Source: a bacterium
GTDB taxonomy: Bacteria > Omnitrophota > Gorgyraeia > Duberdicusellales > 4484-171
Direction: 5' to 3'
NCBI GenBank assembly: GCA_021796115.1
Contig: JAJYOP010000007.1
Location: forward strand, 6,867 to 70,866
Length of the DNA: 64,000 bases
The position numbers and the translations under genes are program-made. This document shows positions 44,416 through 53,036 of this stretch, piece after piece (the stretch's first letter is position 1; each line of letters opens with the position of its first letter). Below the pieces are notes generated by a model that did no database searches, was not told the origin of the DNA, and saw only the letters and a program-made list of their open reading frames with translations.

Positions 44416-44546
44416 TCAAAAACTGCATAAACCCTAAGAAAAAGGAAAGGGTAATGGCAGAAAAAAGTCTACAAAAAAACGAAATCAGCTATTCTGACAG
44501 TAGATTGTAAATGATATATTATTTAAAAGTTACCTTTAGGCAATAG

Positions 44547-45986
44547 ATGAAGATAAAGCTAAGATTGCAACTTAAATTAAAAATCAAAGGCACGAATTTC
44601 TTACCTAAACTTATTGCCATAGCTTTGATTTTTTCTTCCGCTTTTTCTCAAGACCTATATGCCGAGACTGGCCAGCCAGTTCGCGAGCCGCTTACTTTTA
44701 AGAATTTTTATCGGAAGGTCCTGGCTTATTATCCTAAATTAAAGCAGCAGAACGCCAATGTTAATCTTGCTATCGCCAATAAACTTACGGCAGTATCAGG
44801 ATATTTACCAAGGTTACAGGGCGTTACTTCCCTGACCAACGGCAATGACCCGGTTTATGTATTCGGAAGCCTTTTGAGAGAAAATCGTTTTACCGCAGAT
44901 AATTTTGCCCTTTCCAGCCTCAATACGCCGGACCCGCATACTACTTATAATGCTTCCATTCTTGGGCAGTTTCCTATCTTTGATGCTTTCCAAACTATCA
45001 ACCGTGTTCGTTCCGCGAAACTTAAGGTAGACTCTGCCCGCGATGAAGAATCATTTACAAAAATGGAAGCGCTTCTTGTGTCGGTAGAAGCGTATTTGCG
45101 CGCCATTGCCATCGATAAGCTTCTTGCTAACGTTGAGGAAGTCAGCCAGGCCAGCGAAGGCGATATTAAGCAGGCCCAAGATTTAAAAACCAAAGGGCTC
45201 ATCCTTGGCGCTGATTTTTATGCGGCAAAAGTGATGTATGGCAATATCAATCAGCTTAAGAACCAACTCATCCAGGAAAAGCAGGCAGCGCATATTTTGC
45301 TTAACATTTTGATGGGCGAGGAACCGCTTAATCCTATAACAATACAAGGCAGCCTGGCAGAAGACGTAAAAGATACGCAAGAATTAAAAAATTGGCTTGA
45401 AGCGGCATACAAGTCCCGGCCTGATTTTGCCGCGCTCGGTAAAACGATTAAAGCGCAGGAGTTTGAGGTTTCACGGGAAAAAGCAACGATTCTGCCGAGG
45501 GTCGATAGCTTTGGGGAGGCGCGGCAAGACGCGAATAGTTTTCGGTTTGACGGCGGTGAAAGTTATATTGTCGGCTTAAAGGCGCAAATGGACCTTTTTG
45601 ACCCGGCTTATTCCTCGCGCGTAAAAGCGTCAAAAGAGACACTGAAAAAATTGCAATACGATAATGTTATCCTAAAAGACAGGATTACCAAAGATCTTAC
45701 CGACGAATACGCTCATTACGAGGCCAGCTGGGATAATTTTCCGGTGATTAGCGCAATGCTTGATGACGCCAAACAGGCGATGGAGCTTACCTTGCCGCTT
45801 TACCATGAAGGCAGGAAATCCATTGCCGATTTATTGCAAATCAGGGATTCTTACCTTAATGTGGTCAGGCAATATTATACCCTTACGATTGATACCCGAA
45901 CTTCCTGGACAAGGCTCTTATATCTTTCTGGACAACTCGATGAAACAAAGTTAGCTGAAATAGAGAAGAGGTTAACAAATGAATAG
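44547..45986 (+). CDS. TolC-like outer membrane efflux protein
   Basis: 479 aa, signal peptide ..AFSQDLYA/ET, OEP repeats; 8-nt overlap with RND gene. Confidence 0.8.
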   Translation: MKIKLRLQLKLKIKGTNFLPKLIAIALIFSSAFSQDLYAETGQPVREPLTFKNFYRKVLAYYPKLKQQNANVNLAIANKLTAVSGYLPRLQGVTSLTNGNDPVYVFGSLLRENRFTADNFALSSLNTPDPHTTYNASILGQFPIFDAFQTINRVRSAKLKVDSARDEESFTKMEALLVSVEAYLRAIAIDKLLANVEEVSQASEGDIKQAQDLKTKGLILGADFYAAKVMYGNINQLKNQLIQEKQAAHILLNILMGEEPLNPITIQGSLAEDVKDTQELKNWLEAAYKSRPDFAALGKTIKAQEFEVSREKATILPRVDSFGEARQDANSFRFDGGESYIVGLKAQMDLFDPAYSSRVKASKETLKKLQYDNVILKDRITKDLTDEYAHYEASWDNFPVISAMLDDAKQAMELTLPLYHEGRKSIADLLQIRDSYLNVVRQYYTLTIDTRTSWTRLLYLSGQLDETKLAEIEKRLTNE

Positions 45987-48900
45987 CGCTACGCCATCAG
46001 GGAACCATAGAATAAACTTCCTGGGAAAAATCGTCGGAATCTTTACGCGTTCTAAAGTAACACCTTTAATCATCATAGCGTCGATCCTGCTTGGTTTCTT
46101 TGCCGTAATTAATCTACCCCGCGAGGAAGAACCCCAGATTTCCGTCCCGATGTTTGATATCTTTGTTTCCTATCCCGGGGCAAACGCCGAGGAAGTCGAG
46201 CGCAGGATTGTAGATGTTGGTGAGCGTAAACTTTGGGAAATTTCAGGGGTGGAATATATCTATTCTACTGCCGAAACAAATGGCGCGCTCATTATTGTAC
46301 GTTTTAAAGTCGGGGAGAACGTCGAAAACAGCCTGATTAAACTTTACACAAAAGTATATTCTAACCTGGATCTTCTTCCGCAAGGAGCATCCCAGCCGCT
46401 TATCAAATTACGCTCAATAGACGATGTGCCTATTTTAAGCCTTACTTTTCATAGCAAAGATAGGGATGATGTCAGCCTGCGCAAAGTTGTTGCCGCCATA
46501 CAAAACGAGGTAAATGCCATTCCGAATGTTTCGGAAACGCATATTACCGGAGGAAGGAAGCGCCAGTTCCAGGTGTTTTTTGACGAAAAGAAATTAAATG
46601 AGCATTTCCTGAATCCAAATGAAATAAAAGAGTTGATTCAGAAGGCCAATGTAAAAGCCGATGCTGGGCATTTAGAGAGCAAGCCGGAATTATTAAACGT
46701 GGAAGCCGACGCATTCTTTAGATCAGTTACGGATTTAGAAAATCTGGTTATCGGCGTAAGCCAAGGGCAGATTGTTTATCTTAAAGATGTGGCGCGCGTG
46801 GTTGATAGTCCGGATGAATTTGAAAATGCGGTGAATATCCGTTACGGAAGCGCATCCAGTAAAGCAGACAAGGGGCCGTTTGACGCGGTAACGTTGTCTG
46901 TCTCTAAAAGGAAAGGCGCAAACGCTACGTGGCTATGCAAGAAAATTATTTCCAAGGTAAAGAGCTTAAGCGGCACAACTATTCCCAAGGATATTACCTT
47001 TACGGTAACGCGGAATTATGGAGAAACTGCCGACGAAAAGTCTAATGAGCTTCTATTCCATATGGCTTTAGCTATTTTCGGAGTGAGTGTATTAATAGCT
47101 TTATCTTTGGGGCTTAGGGAATCGGGGGTTGTAGCTATAGCGATACCAATGACTTTGTCGCTTACGTTGGCAGCTTTTTATTTTTTTGGATTTACTTTAA
47201 ACAGAATTACATTGTTTGCTCTTATTTTTTCCATAGGAATTCTGGTCGATGACCCCATAGTAGACGTAGAAAATATTGTCCGCCACTTGCGCTTGCCGGA
47301 AAACAAAGGCCGTCCCTTGCTCGATGTGACAATTGAAGCGGTGAATGAAGTAAGGAGCCCGCTTATTCTGGCAACGCTTACAGTCATTGCGGCAATTTTG
47401 CCAATGGCTTTTGTCAGGGGCCTGATGGGGCCTTATATGCGGCCGATACCAATTGGCGCAAGTACTGCGATGTTTTTTTCCATGGCCGCGGCATTTATTG
47501 CAACGCCTTGGGCCGCCTACCGGATTTTAGGCAGCGCCTATCTTAAAGGTAAGTTAAAAGGCCACGGCGAGGGCGAGGAAGAGGATCTGCTTACCAGGCT
47601 TTACCGGTCATACATGAAACCTTTGATTTACAACACGAAAGTCCGAAAGATTTTTTTAAGGGTAGTATGCGGATTGTTTCTCTTTGCCGTTATCCTTGTG
47701 CCGCTTCGTTTGGTTAAGGTAAAGATGCTTCCTTTTGATAATAAAAACGAGTTTCAGGTTATCCTGGATATGCCTGAAGGAACACCGGTCGAAAAGACAA
47801 GCGCGGCATTAGAGGAAATAGCAAGATACTTGAGTGCGGTCCCTGAAGTTAAAGATATCGAAGCCTACGTAGGCACAAGCGCTCCTTATAATTTCAACGG
47901 TCTGGTCAGACATTATTATTTGCGCGATAAGCCATGGCAAGGAGATTTACAGGTTAATCTTGTAGGCAAAAATAAACGCAAGCGCCAAAGCCATGATATC
48001 GCAAAGAGCGTGCGTCATAAAATACATGAAATTGTGAATAAATATGCCGGCCACGTTCAGGTTGCAGAAGTTCCACCTGGGCCGCCGGTACTATCTACGC
48101 TTGTCTTTGAAATTTACGGTCCGAGTATCGAGGGACAGAATGAATTGGCAAAAAAAATTGAAGCCCTGCTCAATACAAGCAAGGGCATTACGGATATAGA
48201 TACTTATGTCGCCGCAAGGGAAAAACTTTTGCGCTTACGGGTGGATACACAGAAGGCAACTTTAAACGGAATCTCGGTTTCGGCAATCGCGCACACGATT
48301 GCTTTGTCGATTCATGGCAGCGCTATAGACCTGGCACACCTGCCAAATGAATATGAGCCGGTTGAAATAATCCTGCGCCTGCCTAAAGAAAAACGCGAGA
48401 ATCTTGATGCTCTCCTTAATATAACGATGCTTTCCCGGTATGGTTCGCCAATAGCCTTAAAGGATTTAGTGACAGTCGAAGATCTTTTAAAAGACCGGCC
48501 GATTTACCATAAAAATTTAATGCGCGTCGCTTATGTAATTGCCGATGTTGCAGGAAAATTCGAAAGCCCGGTCTATGCCATAATGGATCTTAAGGGGAAA
48601 TTGGCTAAAATACCTCTTCCTTCCGGCCAGGATAAACAAAAAAAGGGAATGCGCCAGTTTTTTACCAGCCAGCCTCCGTCATCGGATTTCTGGTCGATGA
48701 AATGGGACGGGGAGTGGCAGGTTACCTATGAGGTCTTCCGTGATTTGGGGCTCGCGTTTGTTGTTGTGCTTATTTTGATTTACGTGCTGGTAGTCGGATG
48801 GTTTCAGTCATTTAAAATTCCATGGATTATTATGCTGCCTATACCTTTAACGCTGATAGGAATTTTACCTGCGCACTGGATATTCGGGGTATTTTTTACC

Positions 48901-49215
48901 GCGACATCAATGATTGGCATGATTGCCGGAGCCGGCATTGTTGTGCGTAATTCCATAATCCTTGTAGATTTTATACAGCTTCGTATCGCGCAGGGTATGC
49001 CACTTGAAGAGGCAGTGATCGACGCCGGCGCAAAACGTTTTAGGCCGATGCTTTTAACCGCCGCAGCCGTTGTCGTGGGCGCTTCGGTGATTCTTTTTGA
49101 CCCGATATTCCAGGGTCTGGCAGTTTCACTTATGGCCGGTGAAATAGCTTCAACCATACTTTCGCGTACAGCAGTGCCGGTAATTTATTATATGGTAATG
49201 AAGAATAAATCTTAA
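45979..49215 (+). CDS. RND efflux permease (divergent AcrB/CzcA superfamily)
   Basis: 1078 aa, 12 TM, two large periplasmic loops; GILVDDPIVDVENI and VVRNSIILVDF blocks. Confidence 0.93.
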   Translation: MNSATPSGNHRINFLGKIVGIFTRSKVTPLIIIASILLGFFAVINLPREEEPQISVPMFDIFVSYPGANAEEVERRIVDVGERKLWEISGVEYIYSTAETNGALIIVRFKVGENVENSLIKLYTKVYSNLDLLPQGASQPLIKLRSIDDVPILSLTFHSKDRDDVSLRKVVAAIQNEVNAIPNVSETHITGGRKRQFQVFFDEKKLNEHFLNPNEIKELIQKANVKADAGHLESKPELLNVEADAFFRSVTDLENLVIGVSQGQIVYLKDVARVVDSPDEFENAVNIRYGSASSKADKGPFDAVTLSVSKRKGANATWLCKKIISKVKSLSGTTIPKDITFTVTRNYGETADEKSNELLFHMALAIFGVSVLIALSLGLRESGVVAIAIPMTLSLTLAAFYFFGFTLNRITLFALIFSIGILVDDPIVDVENIVRHLRLPENKGRPLLDVTIEAVNEVRSPLILATLTVIAAILPMAFVRGLMGPYMRPIPIGASTAMFFSMAAAFIATPWAAYRILGSAYLKGKLKGHGEGEEEDLLTRLYRSYMKPLIYNTKVRKIFLRVVCGLFLFAVILVPLRLVKVKMLPFDNKNEFQVILDMPEGTPVEKTSAALEEIARYLSAVPEVKDIEAYVGTSAPYNFNGLVRHYYLRDKPWQGDLQVNLVGKNKRKRQSHDIAKSVRHKIHEIVNKYAGHVQVAEVPPGPPVLSTLVFEIYGPSIEGQNELAKKIEALLNTSKGITDIDTYVAAREKLLRLRVDTQKATLNGISVSAIAHTIALSIHGSAIDLAHLPNEYEPVEIILRLPKEKRENLDALLNITMLSRYGSPIALKDLVTVEDLLKDRPIYHKNLMRVAYVIADVAGKFESPVYAIMDLKGKLAKIPLPSGQDKQKKGMRQFFTSQPPSSDFWSMKWDGEWQVTYEVFRDLGLAFVVVLILIYVLVVGWFQSFKIPWIIMLPIPLTLIGILPAHWIFGVFFTATSMIGMIAGAGIVVRNSIILVDFIQLRIAQGMPLEEAVIDAGAKRFRPMLLTAAAVVVGASVILFDPIFQGLAVSLMAGEIASTILSRTAVPVIYYMVMKNKS

Positions 49216-49233
49216 GCTTTGCGGAGGTGGAAT

Positions 49234-49416
49234 ATGCTGGAAAGAATGTTGCGCGGTATAGCCGGATTTTTTATTTTAGCAAGTTTGCTCCTTGCGTACT
49301 ATGTAAGTTATTACTGGCTGTGGTTTGCTGCTTTTGTCGGCCTTAATTTGCTGCAGTCAGCTTTTACCAACTGGTGCCCGATGATGACGATATTAAAAAA
49401 GTTAGGAGTTAAATAA
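49234..49416 (+). CDS. DUF2892 (YgaP-like) small membrane protein
   Basis: Start ATG 49234 behind GGAGGTGG; two TM and the conserved ..NWCPMM.. motif. Confidence 0.7.
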   Translation: MLERMLRGIAGFFILASLLLAYYVSYYWLWFAAFVGLNLLQSAFTNWCPMMTILKKLGVK

Positions 49417-49470
49417 CAAGATAACCTCTTCAATTTCCGAAACAACTTCCTGTATTTTACCCATTCGGCA

Positions 49471-49534
49471 GAAAGCCACGCTTACAAGGTGCGGATAAAT
49501 AAAAGAAGCCACGGCTGTAAGTCCATGGAGCTTC
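49471..49534. repeat. two tandem AGCCACG..TAAG..TGG hairpin words
   Basis: GAAAGCCACGCTTACAAGGTGCGG (49471-49494) and GAAGCCACGGCTGTAAGTCCATGGAGCTTC (49505-49534); latter resembles 19845-19874. Confidence 0.45.
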
Positions 49535-49693
49535 ACACTTTCAAAAAATTTATATTGACAAATACGCCATAAGGCATTTAGAACGCCGGGTGAAAGAGTT
49601 TCTGATATTATAAGTAAATATGAAGCTGATGAATTTGAAGAAATAACAGTGCAAAATGCCTGTGCGCAGCACGGTTGCATTAAAATTTTTGCT

Positions 49694-49885
49694 ATGAAGA
49701 AAATAGTGATGATTAATGAAAATTTATGTATTGGCTGCGGTAAATGTGTCAAATTATGCCCCAGGAAGATTCTCTATATAGATAAAACGGACAAGAAATG
49801 CAAAGTTTCAGATGAAACCAAGTGCGATAAACTCGCCGGCTGCCAAAAAATCTGCCCGGTAAAAGCCATAAGGATAATAAAATAA
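49694..49885 (+). CDS. small 4Fe-4S ferredoxin-like protein
   Basis: CIGCGKCVKLCP canonical cluster motif plus second Cys-rich segment C..C.....C...CP; start uncertain (GTG 49649 or ATG 49694). Confidence 0.65.
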   Translation: MKKIVMINENLCIGCGKCVKLCPRKILYIDKTDKKCKVSDETKCDKLAGCQKICPVKAIRIIK

Positions 49886-49914
49886 TCAATACTTTTTGCT
49901 AAAAAGCTCACTAA

Positions 49915-50064
49915 GCTTTCTTTCTAACAATAACCTTGCCGCAGGATGTAAAAACTAATAAAATGAGCGCGGAATATAAAAATGGTGTTTTGAAAATCAG
50001 CATGCCGAGAATTGAAACTAACAAAAAAGGCGCGGGGGCTGGCATAAAAATTCCTGTAAAATAA
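49915..50064 (+). pseudogene. 3' remnant of an Hsp20/alpha-crystallin gene
   Basis: Open frame after the in-frame TAA 49912-49914 reads AFFLTITLPQDVKTNKMSAEYKNGVLKISMPRIETNKK..*. This is the C-terminal ..R.I.LP..V....I.A.Y.NGVL.I..PK.. block of small heat-shock proteins; the ~100 N-terminal residues are absent. Confidence 0.7.
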
Positions 50065-50085
50065 AATATCATACATACCTCATTT

Positions 50086-50293
50086 TTCTGAACATTCCCC
50101 GGAATTTAAGGGTATCTTGGCATAACTCTATGTAAAACAAGCGATAACGAAGATAAAAATCTATGATTCTTCAGGGGGCGGAGGCAAACGGATTTTAGCG
50201 GATGCAGACGGATAAAAAACCTATAATTATCCGTATGCATCCACAATCATCCGTGACATCCGTCCTTAAAAATAAAAAAATGGGGAAGCTCCA
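50086..50293 (+). repeat. 208-bp cassette, copy A (direct repeat of 55992-56199)
   Basis: Hand alignment: 205/208 identical, no indels (differences at 50119, 50237, 50265). Contains CGGAG/CGGAT at 50179, 50189, 50199, 50209; TATAAT at 50222-50227; ATCCG/ATCCA at 50229, 50239, 50249, 50258. Confidence 0.95.
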
Positions 50294-50393
50294 GACCTCA
50301 TTTTTTCCTTTAAAAATCTAAACTATGTGGTAATATACATAATTTAGGTTTTATCATTCTTGGATTATTTTGCATCAATATAATTATGCCGAT

Positions 50394-51230
50394 ATGAACA
50401 TTCTAATTTTTACCATACTTATCTGGGCCGCCTCATTAATTGCCGGTTTCCTTGGCGCACTGACCGGGCTTGGCGGAGGAGTAGTCATAGTCCCTTTATT
50501 GACACTGGTGTTTGGCGTCGACATCAGATATGCTATTGGTGCCTCACTTATTTCGGTTATTGCCACTTCTTCCGGCGCAGCTTCTGCTTATGTAAAAGAG
50601 GGGTTCAGCAATATCCGCATCGGAATGTTTTTGGAGGTAGCAACTACCTTAGGGGCTTTGCTCGGAGCTTTTATCGCCACAAAATTATCCACTTCTGTGA
50701 TTGCGATAATTTTCGGACTTATCCTGATACACTCTTCGTATCTGACCATAAAACGTATAAGTGAATCTCAACTAGCAATAAAACCTGACCCGTTAGCCAC
50801 CCGTTTAAAATTTGACGGCGCATATCCTGTAGCCGGAGGTTCTGAATCCTATCATGTCCAAGGGGTACCGCAGGGATTTTCTATTATGTTTTTAGCCGGC
50901 AGTATTTCCGGATTGCTTGGAATCGGTTCAGGCGCGGTTAAGGTTCTTGCCATGGACCAGGCCATGCGCATACCGTTTAAAGTCTCTACCGCGACAAGCA
51001 ATTTTATGATTGGTGTTACCGCGGCAGCCGGCGCAGGTATTTATCTTAATCGCGGATATATCGATCCTGTTCTGGCTATGCCGGTAATACTTGGCGTATT
51101 ATTAGGCTCGCTTCTTGGCGCGCGACATTTATTTGAAGCAGAAACGAAAAATTTGCGCCTGATATTCAGCGCAATCATCTTGTTACTGGCGATAGAGATG
51201 ATTTATTCAGGAATAAAAGGATATCATTAA
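50394..51230 (+). CDS. TauE/SafE-family sulfite/anion exporter
   Basis: ~8 TM with internal duplication; GALTGLGGGVVIVPLL and GLLGIGSGAVKV motifs; start ATG 50394 (track uses TTG 50370). Confidence 0.85.
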   Translation: MNILIFTILIWAASLIAGFLGALTGLGGGVVIVPLLTLVFGVDIRYAIGASLISVIATSSGAASAYVKEGFSNIRIGMFLEVATTLGALLGAFIATKLSTSVIAIIFGLILIHSSYLTIKRISESQLAIKPDPLATRLKFDGAYPVAGGSESYHVQGVPQGFSIMFLAGSISGLLGIGSGAVKVLAMDQAMRIPFKVSTATSNFMIGVTAAAGAGIYLNRGYIDPVLAMPVILGVLLGSLLGARHLFEAETKNLRLIFSAIILLLAIEMIYSGIKGYH

Positions 51231-51231
51231 A

Positions 51232-51618
51232 ATGACAGGACAAAAACAAGCTTGGACTGACCATAAGGTAGAGGTGTTTATCGGCAATCTTTTAAGAGCC
51301 GGCGTTATTGGTGCGGCCTTACTGGTTGTTTTAGGCGGCATAATTTATCTATTGCACCAGGGTTTGTCCCTGCCTGATTTTAAAACCTTTAAAGGCGAAC
51401 CGCAAGAATTACGCCATGTAGGTGCAATTATCAAACATGCGTTTTCTCTTCACGGAAGGGGGCTGATACAACTTGGTCTCCTGGTATTGATTGCTACTCC
51501 AATAGCAAGGGTCGCGCTTTCAATATTTGCCTTTTCCCGCCAACGTGACAGGTTATACGTTATCGTAACCTGTATTGTTCTTGCTGTTTTATGCTACAGT
51601 CTTTTTGGGGGCAGATAA
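51232..51618 (+). CDS. DUF1634 membrane protein (usual TauE partner)
   Basis: 128 aa, 3-4 TM, starts 1 nt after tauE stop. Confidence 0.75.
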   Translation: MTGQKQAWTDHKVEVFIGNLLRAGVIGAALLVVLGGIIYLLHQGLSLPDFKTFKGEPQELRHVGAIIKHAFSLHGRGLIQLGLLVLIATPIARVALSIFAFSRQRDRLYVIVTCIVLAVLCYSLFGGR

Positions 51619-51658
51619 TACGGGGTGGTTATAATTTATTCAAAATGGACAAATAAAG

Positions 51659-52432
51659 ATGATAAAAAAAATATCCCAAAATATTTCTAAACTACAAAAT
51701 ACTTTATTATTTATTTGCGCTACTTTGTTGCTGGGTATCATTATAACACTTGGATGGATTAACCATTTTGATTTTGAACGCTCCGTCGTAAATGCGGAGT
51801 TGCGGGAGCTTTTAATTATTGCTAAGTCAGCCGGCCACGATATTGAAAACGGAATTATTGGCATTAAACAAGAACCGGCTTATATAGATAAACTTATACA
51901 GCATATAAATAACGAGGAAAAGTTTGCGACTTTTGTTATGAACAATAAACACATTGTTTTAAGCAGCCCGATTAAAAGGCAGGTGGGCAAGAATATCATT
52001 GAAATTGGGAGAGAAATATTAAATAATAAAGAAATGCACAAATTAAGCAGGTTTGTGCAAAAACTGGATTCGAACGACTCCGGAACAGCAATTTTACTTT
52101 TTCCTGCAAAAAGCGAAAGTTCAAAGAAAGAAATGAAGTTGTTTGCTTTCACTCATTTGAAAGGAAAAACCGGAATCTATTCTATTGTTGTGACAGAAAG
52201 GTTAAGCGCTCTCACGGGCCCGTTACGCAGAAATTTAAGAGATATATTAGTGCTGGTAGGGTTATTTTTCCTTATATCTTTAATCTTCATCTATATTTTT
52301 TATCATGGCCATCAGAAAAGGATAAAAATGGAAATCAGCGCCAAAGCCTTAGAGATAATCAATAGAGAATTGCATTGTACAATTGATGACTATAAGTGTA
52401 TTGAGAAGAAACTTAACGATTATAAAAAATAG
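51659..52432 (+). CDS. TM-sensor-TM-coiled-coil protein, looks like the N-terminal half of a signalling protein with no output domain
   Basis: TM1 LLFICATLLLGIIITLGWI, ~160-aa extracytoplasmic segment, TM2 ILVLVGLFFLISLIFIYIFY, ~45-aa coiled coil, then stop; followed by 556-604 nt of non-coding sequence. Confidence 0.55.
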   Translation: MIKKISQNISKLQNTLLFICATLLLGIIITLGWINHFDFERSVVNAELRELLIIAKSAGHDIENGIIGIKQEPAYIDKLIQHINNEEKFATFVMNNKHIVLSSPIKRQVGKNIIEIGREILNNKEMHKLSRFVQKLDSNDSGTAILLFPAKSESSKKEMKLFAFTHLKGKTGIYSIVVTERLSALTGPLRRNLRDILVLVGLFFLISLIFIYIFYHGHQKRIKMEISAKALEIINRELHCTIDDYKCIEKKLNDYKK

Positions 52433-52512
52433 ATGTTATCGGAAACTGCAAGCAGATATTAGGCCATTTTTGAATCTCTAAATAACTTCCCGGCGAATGC
52501 CTCCTTGCCAAA

Positions 52513-52605
52513 TTTAGCCCTACCCTACATACCTGTAAAACGGGAAAGCTTTCTCCTTGTGATATATGAGTGGGATCCATATTTTTGCCTTTGGCAAAAA
52601 TATGG
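52513..52605. repeat. dispersed repeat family 1 (copy f) plus 13-bp perfect hairpin
   Basis: TTTAGCCCTACCCTACATACCTGTAAAACGGGAAAGCTTTCTCCTTGTGATATATGAGTGGGATCC aligns (~75 %, hand count) with 14439-14503 but carries TACCCT where that copy has TATAAT. Hairpin CCATATTTTTGCC/GGCAAAAATATGG at 52577-52605. Confidence 0.6.
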
Positions 52606-52713
52606 AACAATTGCGCAATAGATAATAAAAGATATGGCAAAGCTCAATCGCGGTCTATTCTTTATTGCTCGATTGTTCAAACTGCCCTTAGGCGGGTTCA
52701 GTTAAAAAAAGAC

Positions 52714-52747
52714 GGTATGGTTTTTTTATTAAAAATAGAACCATACC
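52714..52747. terminator. AT-rich hairpin, possible bidirectional terminator
   Basis: GGTATGGTT (52714-52722) / AACCATACC (52739-52747) with T7 / A5 runs inside. Confidence 0.4.
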
Positions 52748-53036
52748 CTTGATTGTTAAATAATAATTAAACATTGCGTTTCCAGATTTGTAATTCCAAA
52801 TTAATTCTCTGGCTGAAAACTATAAGTTATGTTAATATCACAAATATAAAAAGGAAAAGTACTGTATTTATACCGGTTGGCATTCTTATTCCGCCTTTGA
52901 AATATAAAACCTTGGTTATGGTAAAATTGGCGTTTGTTTTAGCCTATAACAGCCAGAAAAATCAAATTCATAGTTAATTCTTTCTGCTTTGCGTGTTACT
53001 CTATCGAAAAGAACTGATTATTATAAGGTAATTAAA

